64,000 nt of DNA from Candidatus Latescibacterota bacterium. GTDB lineage: Bacteria; Latescibacterota; UBA2968; GCA-2709665. The first letter of the stretch is position 1; the number at the start of each line of letters is the position of its first letter. Position numbers and translations under genes: made by a program. The notes under the pieces were generated by a model. That model was given only the letters and a program-made list of their open reading frames with translations, searched no databases and had not been told where the DNA came from. The stretch covers positions 4,736,001-4,800,000 of the forward strand of contig OZ244937.1 in the NCBI GenBank assembly GCA_965222075.1. Direction: 5' to 3'. Shown in pieces: positions 36,975 to 45,244 of this stretch.

Positions 36975-38318
36975 CTACCCCTCCCCTACCATCACAAACG
37001 CCACATCCGCCACATTGGTTCCCGTCGGCCCGGTCATCACCAAGTCGTCTAAGGGTTTGAAAAAGTGGTAGGCATCGTTGTTCTTCAGATACTCCCCGGC
37101 GGACAGGCCCATCCCCGCTGCGCGGGCAATCGTATTGCCGTCGGCCACGGCCCCCGCCGCATCCGTGGGCCCGTCGGTGCCGTCGGTCCCCCCGCTGAAG
37201 AGCACCACACCCTCCCATCCCGAAAGTTGAATCGCCCCGGCCAGCGCCAACTCCTGGTTTCGTCCGCCCTTCCCCTCTCCCCGCACCTTCACCGTGGTTT
37301 CCCCACCAGCAATCACACAGGCCGGCGGTGCAATCGGCCTCTTCGACATTGCGATCTCCTTGGCAATCGCGGAGTATACGTGCACCACCTCCCGGGCCTC
37401 CCCCTCCACGCGGGTCGAAAGCACAAGCGATTGGTATCCCAGCTTCACCGCACGCTCTTGGGCGGCCGCAACCGCCAGTCCGTTGCTCCCCACCACCAAG
37501 TTCTGGCACCGCGCGAGGGCCTCATCCCCCGGTTTGGGCGTATCGGGAACATCGCCGTGCACGCCCGCTTCAAAACGCTCTCGAACCGCCTCAGGCACCC
37601 GATCCACAAGCTCGTATTTCCCCAGGGTTTCCATACAGGTCTGAAAGGTCGATGTGTCCGGCACAGTCGGCCCCGAAGCAATCACATCCAGCGGGTCCCC
37701 GATCACATCCGAAAGCATCAGCGTAGCCACCCTTGCCGGAAACGCCTTCCGCGCCAGCCCGCCCCCCTTCACCTGCGAGAGGTGCTTTCGAATCGCGTTC
37801 AACTCCACGATGTTCGCCCCGCACCCCAGCAGCAACCGCGTGGTCTCCTGCTTCTCCTCCAGTGAAATCCCCTCCGAAGGCGCTGGCATCAGCGCCGACC
37901 CTCCACCAGAAATCAGGCAGATGACCAGCGTCCGGTCGTCCGTGCCCCCCAGCAGCTCCAGAATCTGTCCGGTGCCCGCCACGCCCGCCTCGTCGGGCAC
38001 CGGATGCCCGCATTCTACAAGGGTAATTCGCTCCAGGGGTTCCAAATGGCCGTACTTGGTATTCACGATCCCCCCCTCCAGCCGGTCTCCCAGAACGCCT
38101 TCCAGCGCCACCCCCATCCGGGGCGAGGCCTTTCCTGTGCCTACCGCCAGCACCCGGTCGAACCCCACCAGGTCGTAGGTCTGGTCCCCAATCCGAAGGG
38201 CGTCCCCCTCTAACTTCACAAACCGGCGCACACACTGTTCCGCATCCACCGCCGCCACTGCGGCCTCAAAAATCGACACCGCATCCATCCGCATCTTCGC
38301 AACCGTGTATCGGCTCAT
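36975..38318 (-). CDS. Glycerate 2-kinase (type 2, MOFRL/TtuD family)
   Basis: 'GTGKAS', 'GHPVPD', 'LISGGGSAL', 'RKHLS.VKGG', 'SDVIGD', 'GGETTV', 'GGRNQE', 'TDGTDG', 'TGPTGTNVAD'. Confidence 0.95.
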   Translation of the reverse strand: MSRYTVAKMRMDAVSIFEAAVAAVDAEQCVRRFVKLEGDALRIGDQTYDLVGFDRVLAVGTGKASPRMGVALEGVLGDRLEGGIVNTKYGHLEPLERITLVECGHPVPDEAGVAGTGQILELLGGTDDRTLVICLISGGGSALMPAPSEGISLEEKQETTRLLLGCGANIVELNAIRKHLSQVKGGGLARKAFPARVATLMLSDVIGDPLDVIASGPTVPDTSTFQTCMETLGKYELVDRVPEAVRERFEAGVHGDVPDTPKPGDEALARCQNLVVGSNGLAVAAAQERAVKLGYQSLVLSTRVEGEAREVVHVYSAIAKEIAMSKRPIAPPACVIAGGETTVKVRGEGKGGRNQELALAGAIQLSGWEGVVLFSGGTDGTDGPTDAAGAVADGNTIARAAGMGLSAGEYLKNNDAYHFFKPLDDLVMTGPTGTNVADVAFVMVGEG

Positions 38319-38453
38319 CTCGAACGCTCCTCAAACGCAAAAAACCGGTCCGCCTGCTCCGGCGCCGATGCCTTCTTATGCGGGTCTATTTGGCCAGAGC
38401 ACGGCCGTCCCATCCCCGCCAGCTGTCCTTCGATAATCCAGTGTGAGTCACGT

Positions 38454-40817
38454 CTATTCCCGAATTGTAAACGTCGTGGTAACCATGGCGTTCTCGCCGC
38501 TGTTCTCGTCGCCAACGTGGACCTTCAAAAGCTGGACGCCCGGCTCGGAACCGGACATATCCAGTTCCAGATATCCCCGTTCGTCCGAATCGACACCTGT
38601 CTGCTCGTACTCGATGGTAATCGTGCCCTCCTCTTCACGCTTGCCCATCAGCTTGCCCAGCCCCCTCAGAATACGGGCTCCGATCGACTTCTTTTCCAAA
38701 GACCGCACCTCGTAGGAAACCCGATACCGGGTGGTCCCGAATTCATCCCGTTTCAGATTGTAAATCTCGTAATAGATAAAAATCGGCTGCCCCGGCAGAT
38801 AGGCCCGGGACGCCAGGGGCACCACGGCGATATCCTCCTTCAAAAACCGCCCCCTGTCCGCCACTTCAATCGACGCGGCCAGTTCGATATCGCTCAGTTT
38901 GAGACCGCTGTCCCCATACGGTTGCAGCAGCCGGTCCTGCTTGTAAACCTGTGACTTCCCGGAAACACGATCCAGCACCTGCACTGCCAGCCGGTAGTTT
39001 CCCGGGGGCAGCGCAACACGATCCATTTCCGGAATAAAAGTACCGGCCGAGGTATCCACAACCCCTTTACCACGCAGAACCATATCCTGGCTTGCCCGAT
39101 GCACCGGCCGGTTGGCCTCGTCGTAGACCGCCACCCCCCGCACCAGGCGGGCCACCGACCCGCCCTCCTCTCCTGCCACATAGGCCAGATTCCCGGTTGG
39201 AATACCGTAGTAGATCTCCAGCGCCGTTTCTCCCGCTTCTCCCTTAAATGCGGCCGAATAAAAGAAAAAATTCAGCGGTCCTGTGGCAAAATCGGGCCGG
39301 TAGGTACTTGGCGTCCGGGCCGCCGCCCGCTGCACCTGAACCTGTGGGTGCATCTCCCGCCAGATCCGGGCGATATCACCCATCCCCATCGGCATACCCA
39401 CATAATCGTAAGGACCAGGATAATTTCGCTGTACAAAAGTCACCTCGATTCCCGATCCCACACCCGCGTAGATCCAGTACTCCCAGATCCCGTCCACGGG
39501 ATAAACCGGCCATCCCAGAATGGCCGATCCGGCCACCTGCTCCCGCGCTTTGCCCATCGCCCTGTTCTGCTCCTGTCGCAGCTCCCCTCGCATGCTTTTC
39601 ATACTTGCGACAACCTGTGCCTGCCGGTCCCGGGCCAGGAGGGCCCCGGCCTTGCCTGCCCGGGCAATCAGCCGCTCTTTGACGGCCACCACCCGGCCGT
39701 CCCGTTCCAGGCGGATATCCTTCGACCGGCTCACATGGTCCGGGTTTCCATAGCGGATGTACACCTCGCCCCGGGCATCCCAGGGGAACACATACGTCCC
39801 AAAATGCTCCCGCGCAAAAGCCAGGCGGCGGTAGTGCTCCAGCAGCCGTTCATTCGCTCCGGTCACCGGTGCCGGATCCCGACCGGCCCAGAAAGCTTCG
39901 CTCAGCCCCTTCCACGCCTCGGGGGAAGCCGCCTGGAACTGCTCCAGCGTTTCCCCCCCGGCCGCCAGACTCAGGTCATAATAAAGCGCCTGCTCCTTCG
40001 TCTCCAGCCCCGCAACATAGGCCTCGAACAGCGCCTGAGAACGGTCGTACTCCCGCCGCCTCTGATACACCTGGGCCAGCTCCAGCAACGCCCGCCGCTG
40101 GTAGGGGCTTGGCGCGGCCACCACCCCCTCCAGCAATCCGACCGACTCGTCCGTCCGGTACATAAACTTCAGAACAATGCCCAGGTGAAGCCGCGCCCCA
40201 AAATGGTCCGGATTTGCCTCGATCTGCTCCCGGTAGGCCGATGTCGCCTTCTCGTAATCCGTTTTTCTTTCGTGAATAAGCCCGATCTGGAAAGACGCGT
40301 CGGGGTGCTTCGGGTCGATCTTCAAAACATCTTTATAGGCTTCCAGGGTCTCACTGCTGCCGAACCGCTGGTAGGTCTGTGCTAAGTTGTACTGCGCCTC
40401 GGCGTAGGTCTTATCGGCCCGCATCGCATCCCGGAAGTATCGGATTGCGCGCCGCAATTCGTTCTTTTTCTCCCGGTAAACCAGTCCCATGCCGTTGAAA
40501 GCCGGCGCGTACTTCTTCCGCTTGCGCAGCGCCTGTTTGAAAGCCTTCTCCGCGCCCTTCAGATCGCCCTGTTTCAAAGCGACACGTCCCAGGCCCACAT
40601 AAGAAGGAGCGTGCCTGTCATCAATCTGGATCGCCGCCTGAAACCGCCCGGCCGCCTCATCCAGCCGCCCGGAGCCCAGCAGTTCCGTAGCCTCTTTGTA
40701 AAGCGCCTCGACCCTGGCCGCATCTTCGGGGCTCACCCCTTTTGCATAGACCTCTCCTGCGTAGAAAACCAGGCAGACCAGAAAGTATGGCAGCGCCCGT
40801 ATCAGCACGGCAATCAT
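38454..40817 (-). CDS. Secreted TPR plus GWxTD-domain protein
   Basis: Signal peptide, TPRs, 'FWAGRDP.P.T..NERLLEHYRR...A...F...WDARGEVYIRYG.PD', C-terminal 'LSDIELA' Ig-like region. Confidence 0.85.
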   Translation of the reverse strand: MIAVLIRALPYFLVCLVFYAGEVYAKGVSPEDAARVEALYKEATELLGSGRLDEAAGRFQAAIQIDDRHAPSYVGLGRVALKQGDLKGAEKAFKQALRKRKKYAPAFNGMGLVYREKKNELRRAIRYFRDAMRADKTYAEAQYNLAQTYQRFGSSETLEAYKDVLKIDPKHPDASFQIGLIHERKTDYEKATSAYREQIEANPDHFGARLHLGIVLKFMYRTDESVGLLEGVVAAPSPYQRRALLELAQVYQRRREYDRSQALFEAYVAGLETKEQALYYDLSLAAGGETLEQFQAASPEAWKGLSEAFWAGRDPAPVTGANERLLEHYRRLAFAREHFGTYVFPWDARGEVYIRYGNPDHVSRSKDIRLERDGRVVAVKERLIARAGKAGALLARDRQAQVVASMKSMRGELRQEQNRAMGKAREQVAGSAILGWPVYPVDGIWEYWIYAGVGSGIEVTFVQRNYPGPYDYVGMPMGMGDIARIWREMHPQVQVQRAAARTPSTYRPDFATGPLNFFFYSAAFKGEAGETALEIYYGIPTGNLAYVAGEEGGSVARLVRGVAVYDEANRPVHRASQDMVLRGKGVVDTSAGTFIPEMDRVALPPGNYRLAVQVLDRVSGKSQVYKQDRLLQPYGDSGLKLSDIELAASIEVADRGRFLKEDIAVVPLASRAYLPGQPIFIYYEIYNLKRDEFGTTRYRVSYEVRSLEKKSIGARILRGLGKLMGKREEEGTITIEYEQTGVDSDERGYLELDMSGSEPGVQLLKVHVGDENSGENAMVTTTFTIRE

Positions 40818-41129
40818 CCCCTCATAACAGGCCTCGGGATCGGTTCGCAAAACGCCGTAATGATACACAAATCCTATTTAAAACACAAGCGTCAGGATCG
40901 ATAAAAATCGGCTCGCATCCACTGTGGACGCCCACTACAGGTCCCCCGCGAAGGCCATCCCCTGCCGGTCCACTCCTTTGCTGGTCCAGGTTCATAGCCC
41001 ATCTTCATTAAAAAATAATATAACAAAAGCGGCACCGGCGCCGCAAGGTCCGACTTTATCCTGTGCCGTGCCCAGCAGGCCCGGGACCTGCCTGAGTTGG
41101 CGGATTACCTGACCGATGTCCCCCGGGAG

Positions 41130-41177
41130 GTCAACAGCGGCTGCAGCAGGCCACCCGCTCTGCGGGTGGTCGTTGAT
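41130..41177 (-). mobile_element. Isolated IS200/IS605-like (HEARO 5'-like) terminal hairpin, no transposase
   Basis: Minus strand ATCAACGACCACCCGC-AGA-GCGGGTGGCC...GTTGAC: TCAAC/GTTGA outer stem enclosing a 10-bp hairpin. Confidence 0.45.
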
Positions 41178-41188
41178 TCCGGTTTTTT

Positions 41189-41223
41189 AAAAAAAGGGTG
41201 GATTCCTTTTCAGAAATCCACCC
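41189..41223 (-). terminator. Intrinsic terminator
   Basis: Minus strand GGGTGGATT..AATCCACCC followed by T7. Confidence 0.85.
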
Positions 41224-41227
41224 CGTT

Positions 41228-41323
41228 GCACCTTCCAGCACGCCATCAGCGTCGCTTCTCTTCCCCCTCTCCCCCTCGGTTCGGTGAAAAGATTCGGACG
41301 ACTTACGGCTGGCCGAAAGGCGC
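41228..41323 (-). ncRNA. Candidate structured RNA (96-nt long imperfect hairpin) preceding terminator
   Basis: Four nested stems that pair on the minus strand via G-U: GCGCCUUUCGGC/GCUGGAAGGUGC, GCCGU/AUGGC, GUCGU/GCGAC, UCUUUUC/GGGAAGA. Confidence 0.5.
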
Positions 41324-41358
41324 GGGCCCTTTCTCTTGAACTTGAAAATTTTCTGTAA

Positions 41359-41701
41359 TTATTTTGTCTTAACGTCCGCCTCAACCCGCTGTGTGCCCCT
41401 GCGCTGGGCGTTGATCGTGGCCTTCAGATGGTCGATCATCTCCGATGCCTGACGCTTGTCGGGCGCTTCACCCAAGAATGCCTCCACCTTGATACGCGTT
41501 TCTTCACCCAGCAGATGGCTCTGCCCCAGCCTTCGAACAAGCTCAATCTGTTCCCGCGATGCCTGCCTGTGCGCTTGCCTGCGCGCTGCGCCTGCCTTGC
41601 CGCCTGCGCCTGCCTGCGCCGAGTTCTGCTCGAGGCAGGCAGGCCGGATGCTCGGCAGGCAGGCAGGTCCGCAGGACAGGCAGGTCGATTGTCCTGGCCA
41701 T
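41359..41701 (-). pseudogene. Small (~74 aa) gene frameshifted by nested palindrome insertion
   Basis: GAGGAG-ATG MARTID in one frame; 'ASREQIELVRRLG...DKRQASEMIDHLK...KTK*' in another; separated by repeat block 41562-41684. Confidence 0.7.
41562..41684. repeat. Nested cluster of CCTGCCTG/CAGGCAGG palindromic elements
   Basis: Left half is stacked CCTGC units, right half stacked GCAGG units; the inner 35-nt element 41609-41643 splits a copy of the 35169 element. Confidence 0.85.
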
Positions 41702-41798
41702 GGTCATCTCTCCTCTGCATTACGGAAACCCGGTGATACTCCGGTGGCCTTCATCACCGAGAACTTGTTAATTTTTAACACCCTGCTATTCTCCACCC

Positions 41799-42092
41799 TC
41801 AATTCTTTCTCTCTCCCAGACTCCGCACAACCCGCAACCAGGCCGTCTCATACTCCGCAAGCGCAGCCTGCCAGGCCGCCTGGTCTCCCACGCCGTGCTG
41901 GAAGTCCAGCGCCCGGGCATCCACGGTCTGCTCAGCAGCCTCCACCCAAGCCAGTACGTCTGGTTCGAGAGCACCTAAGGGGAGACCCTTAGCCTCTCCC
42001 TGAATCCGCTCGACCACCTGCCGGAATTCCTCACTCAGGTGGGTCACAACGGCCTCGCTTCTCACCCGGTTCGACTGTAACATATCTGACAT
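41799..42092 (-). CDS. Hypothetical helical protein (97 aa)
   Basis: ATG 42092 after AAGGAGGG; downstream of a good promoter; no recognised motif. Confidence 0.65.
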   Translation of the reverse strand: MSDMLQSNRVRSEAVVTHLSEEFRQVVERIQGEAKGLPLGALEPDVLAWVEAAEQTVDARALDFQHGVGDQAAWQAALAEYETAWLRVVRSLGERKN

Positions 42093-42216
42093 ACCCGCCC
42101 TCCTTACCTGAGGTGGCACACCGAAACATAGGGTCGGATCCAATCTCCTGTACACCTGAAAACGGGTAGCACTGGGGCTTCCTTTGTGCTATTAAAAATC
42201 ACATATCACGCACCTA

Positions 42217-42245
42217 AAAATACTAAACAAAAGGGCAGATGTCAA
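42217..42245 (-). promoter_or_regulatory. sigma70-type promoter for ORFan operon
   Basis: TTGACA-N17-TATTTT in AT-rich intergenic region. Confidence 0.65.
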
Positions 42246-42574
42246 GAGACTTTTTACAGTTTAATGGAAAACAGTTAAATAACTTTAAAATTTAAAAATC
42301 AGAAGGTTATATAACGTTCCCATTTCCTTACAAACACGTGCCGCTGTCCTGGCCTTCGACACAGCCCAAAGCGCCTTCCAAAATCTCTTTACATGGGGAC
42401 TTTTATACCCTATATTGCACAGAAATAGCAATACTGTGAACACTTTTTGGTAAGTTCTTAACGGCTGAAAATGGTAAGTCGTTACAATACAAGCCTGTTT
42501 GAAATCAGCCGTTTTTTTATTGAAATAGAGAACCAGCGTAAAAACCGGCATCAACTCTTTAAAGGAGGGCTGCA

Positions 42575-43399
42575 ATGGGAAACATGGAAGTCGGCGTTAT
42601 GATGAGCGTGGGGTGGAGCCTTGATCAGCTCAAACAGATCCGGGACCTGGGGTTTACCAATGTCCAGATCGCCGCCCCGCCCGAGGATGTCCTGCAGGAT
42701 CAGGTCAACCGCCAGGCCCTGATTGATGACCTCAAGGCCGTCGGCATCGACATCACCACCCTCTTTGTCGGCTTTTCTGGGGAAAGTTACGCCGATATCC
42801 CCACCGTTGTGGAGACGGTGGGCTACCTCAACCCGGCAACGCGGGATGAACGGGTGAAAAAGACCGAGTTGATCTCCGATTTCGCCAAAGCGCTTGGCGT
42901 AGACAAGGTGGCCGCCCATGTCGGCTTTGTCCCGGAAGCATCCGACGATCCCGACTACCCCCCTATGGTGGATACCGTGGGACGGGTGGCCGACTATTGC
43001 GGGCAAAATGGGCAGATGTTCTCCTTAGAAACGGGCCAGGAGACGGCTCCTGCGCTCCTCAGCTTCCTCAAAGACCTTAACCGCGACAATGTGAAGGTCA
43101 ACTTCGATCCGGCCAATATGATCCTCTATGGCAGTGGCGAACCGATTGAAGCCCTGGGTATTGTGGGTGAATATGTGGTCAGCGCCCATGCCAAAGACGG
43201 AAAATGGCCTACAGGAAGTGGCCAACTCGGCACTGAATACCCTCTCGGCCAGGGAGATGTGGGCATCGACCGTTTTGTGGCCAAACTCAAAGAGATCGGG
43301 TATGACGGCCCCATCACCATTGAGCGGGAAATCCCCGACTGGGAACAGAAGATGAACGATCTGGTGGAAGCCAAGAAACTCTTGAAAAGCTTAATATAA
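42575..43399 (+). CDS. Sugar phosphate isomerase/epimerase (xylose-isomerase-like TIM barrel)
   Basis: 'HVGFVP', 'LETGQE', 'VNFDPANMILYG', 'HAKDG', 'PLGQG.V', 'ITIERE'. Confidence 0.9.
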   Translation: MGNMEVGVMMSVGWSLDQLKQIRDLGFTNVQIAAPPEDVLQDQVNRQALIDDLKAVGIDITTLFVGFSGESYADIPTVVETVGYLNPATRDERVKKTELISDFAKALGVDKVAAHVGFVPEASDDPDYPPMVDTVGRVADYCGQNGQMFSLETGQETAPALLSFLKDLNRDNVKVNFDPANMILYGSGEPIEALGIVGEYVVSAHAKDGKWPTGSGQLGTEYPLGQGDVGIDRFVAKLKEIGYDGPITIEREIPDWEQKMNDLVEAKKLLKSLI

Positions 43400-43409
43400 A
43401 CAGAGGATT

Positions 43410-43445
43410 AAAAAAAAAGCCCGGCGGTCGGTTTGGCCGCCGGGC
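43410..43445 (-). terminator. Intrinsic terminator
   Basis: Minus strand GCCCGGCGGCC-AAACC-GACCGCCGGGC followed by T9. Confidence 0.85.
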
Positions 43446-43548
43446 CCTATCTGTCTACAATGAGTCTCAAAAACACGCCCTTCCCCACCTGGAGACCTTT
43501 TGGCGGGAGGGAGTCCAAAAGGACATCTTTTGGGGAAAGGGCGTATCT
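43410..43548 (-). ncRNA. Candidate sRNA (~138 nt) with C-rich apical loop
   Basis: TATAAT at 43559-43554; long hairpin begins at the predicted TSS; loop ACUCCCUCCCG; ends at a strong terminator; no ORF with RBS. Confidence 0.55.
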
Positions 43549-43603
43549 ATAGAATTATACGCCCCAATACAGCATAGGGTTTCAAGGGTTTTGGGCAAGA
43601 TGG

Positions 43604-43676
43604 AAAAAAGTAAGGGATCCTCGTCCATCCCACCCCTGCATGTTCGAGGATCCCAATTGGGCTATCCCATAGCCCT
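43604..43676 (-). ncRNA. Candidate sRNA (~73 nt), two hairpins, GGA-rich
   Basis: Follows TTGACA-N17-TATATT; GGGCUAU/AUAGCCC and GGGAUCCUCG/CGAGGAUCCC stems, then UUACUUUUUU. Confidence 0.55.
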
Positions 43677-43682
43677 ATGCGC

Positions 43683-43711
43683 AATATACCATGCCTCATC
43701 CTGTTTGTCAA
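43683..43711 (-). promoter_or_regulatory. sigma70-type promoter with extended -10 (orphan, drives candidate sRNA)
   Basis: TTGACA-AACAGGATGAGGCATGG-TATATT (17-nt spacer, TGn). Confidence 0.75.
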
Positions 43712-43773
43712 CAGGGATTTCGGCGCCTGGCCGTTCTTCTTTGCCCCTTTCCTCACCTCTCAAAAACAGAAAA

Positions 43774-43848
43774 TGGTGACCCCGAGGGGAGTCGAACCCC
43801 CGTTGCCGGGTCGAAAACCCGGTGTCCTAACCACTGAACGACGGGGTC
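43774..43848 (-). tRNA. tRNA-Glu(TTC)
   Basis: GACCCCG/CGGGGTC acceptor, CCGGG-TT TTC GA-CCCGG, GGTTCGACTCC, encoded CCA; upstream TTGCTT-N17-TATATT. Confidence 0.96.
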
Positions 43849-44188
43849 ACTTACCCTGTAAAAAAACGCCACACCACCTTCTGCCAACAGTCGCCGGAAA
43901 TATATAATAAACCCCCAGTTGAAGCAAGCTTGAAATGAAGATCGCTCTACCATAAGGATTTTCCACAGGCATCGCTCCTCGCCAGGTTTCTTGACAACCG
44001 CTCGCCAACAGCCCGGCAACCGGTAAACGGACACCTGGATGCTAACAAGTAACTTGACTTTTGCAAACAATTTATGTTTATTTCTGGAGCAATTTTCGGC
44101 AACAAACACAAGTCTTTCTTCCCGGACAATAATGTATAAGAAAGAAAGTCGGATCTTATTCGACTTGCCCCTCACAGCCGATTTCAGT

Positions 44189-44265
44189 GGGCGATTAGCT
44201 CAGCTGGTTAGAGTGCTGGTTTCACATACCAGAGGTCACTGGTTCGAGTCCAGTATCGCCCACCA
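44189..44265 (+). tRNA. tRNA-Val(CAC)
   Basis: GGGCGAT/ATCGCCC acceptor, CTGGT-TT CAC AT-ACCAG, GGTTCGAGTCC, encoded CCA. Confidence 0.97.
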
Positions 44266-44346
44266 CCTCTTCTCCCTATCCGGTCCGAGCGGGCGTTGTC
44301 TGCCGCGGGGGACGGCAGGAAAACAAAGTATCTGTATTCAATAGCG

Positions 44347-44385
44347 GAAAGGTGCATCTGAAAAAAGATGCACCTTTCTTCTTTA
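44347..44385 (+). terminator. Intrinsic terminator after tRNA-Val
   Basis: GAAAGGTGCATCT-N6-AGATGCACCTTTC followed by T-rich tail. Confidence 0.85.
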
Positions 44386-44528
44386 CTCTACTGGGCAATA
44401 TGGTGAACAGTTTTTGGAAGAGATGTTGACAAAAAAGTGCTGTTCCCGCAGATCAGGTATCTTAAACCACCAAACCATTGCTGAGTGTAGGTTCGTGTTG
44501 ATATCCTTAATCCGACGAGAGACCGCCG

Positions 44529-45242
44529 ATGAAAGAGAGCCTGTTCAGATTGTTAGATCTCCAACAGATTGATGCAGAGATCGATTCCTTCAAACGATCT
44601 CAAAAGGATTATCCGAAGGAAATCATCAGGCTTGAGCGTGAACTGGAAATAGCCAGCCAGCAGATACAAGAAAAACGGAACCGATCGAAAGAACTGGAGA
44701 AAAGTCGGCGGCTCCTGGAAGGGGAGTTAGAGGGGATCAATGCAGATCTGAAAAAGCATCAGGACCGCCTCTACGAAGTCAAAACCAACCGGGAATACGA
44801 TGCCCTGCAGCACGAAATTGAGGCCCTCCGAGGTCGTGTTGATGAGAACGAAACGGGTATCCTGGAAGGCATCGAACAATACGAAGACCTGGAGGCGAAG
44901 CTGGAGGAAGACGAGGCGAATTACAAAGAGATGGAAGAGGAAAGCCGCGCCAAAATCCAGGACCTCAAATCTCAGGTGGATTCCGTTGAAGAGAATGTCA
45001 AGGCCTGGGAAGCCAAACGGGCTGTGGTGGAAACCCAGATTGAACGCCCGGCGCTGTCCATTTACAACCGCATTCGCAACATGGTAAAAGGAGGGGTTGC
45101 AGTGGTCCAGGTAGAAAAGGGCTCCTGCGGAGGGTGTTTCAGGCAGCTCGCTCCTCAGCGAAGGGTGGAAGCCCGCCGCCAGGATCGGATTATCCGTTGC
45201 GAAAACTGTGGACGCATCTTAATCTGGAAGGATGAGGTGTAG
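44529..45242 (+). CDS. Coiled-coil C4-type zinc-ribbon protein (DUF164/CdsZ-like)
   Basis: 'L..LQQID', 'VKTNREYDAL..EI', 'CGGCF...CENCGRIL'. Confidence 0.92.
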   Translation: MKESLFRLLDLQQIDAEIDSFKRSQKDYPKEIIRLERELEIASQQIQEKRNRSKELEKSRRLLEGELEGINADLKKHQDRLYEVKTNREYDALQHEIEALRGRVDENETGILEGIEQYEDLEAKLEEDEANYKEMEEESRAKIQDLKSQVDSVEENVKAWEAKRAVVETQIERPALSIYNRIRNMVKGGVAVVQVEKGSCGGCFRQLAPQRRVEARRQDRIIRCENCGRILIWKDEV

Positions 45243-45244
45243 GG

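Noticed and set aside
41228-41323. Hairpin as SRP (4.5S) RNA, 6S RNA or group II intron domain V
   Set aside because: Lacks the SRP CAGG-GRAA-AGCA motif, is too short for 6S, and has no D5 helix or RT gene
41562-41684. Repeat block as a CRISPR array
   Set aside because: No constant repeat with unique spacers, nested rather than tandem, and no cas genes
41731-41762. GGTGATGAAGGCCACC resembling the 5' part of a fluoride riboswitch
   Set aside because: The downstream AAC.GC and GCUGAUG-pseudoknot strand are absent and there is no fluoride-related gene
40870-43774. Prophage or integrative element at tRNA-Glu with att duplication
   Set aside because: No integrase and no direct repeat of the tRNA 3' end found by eye
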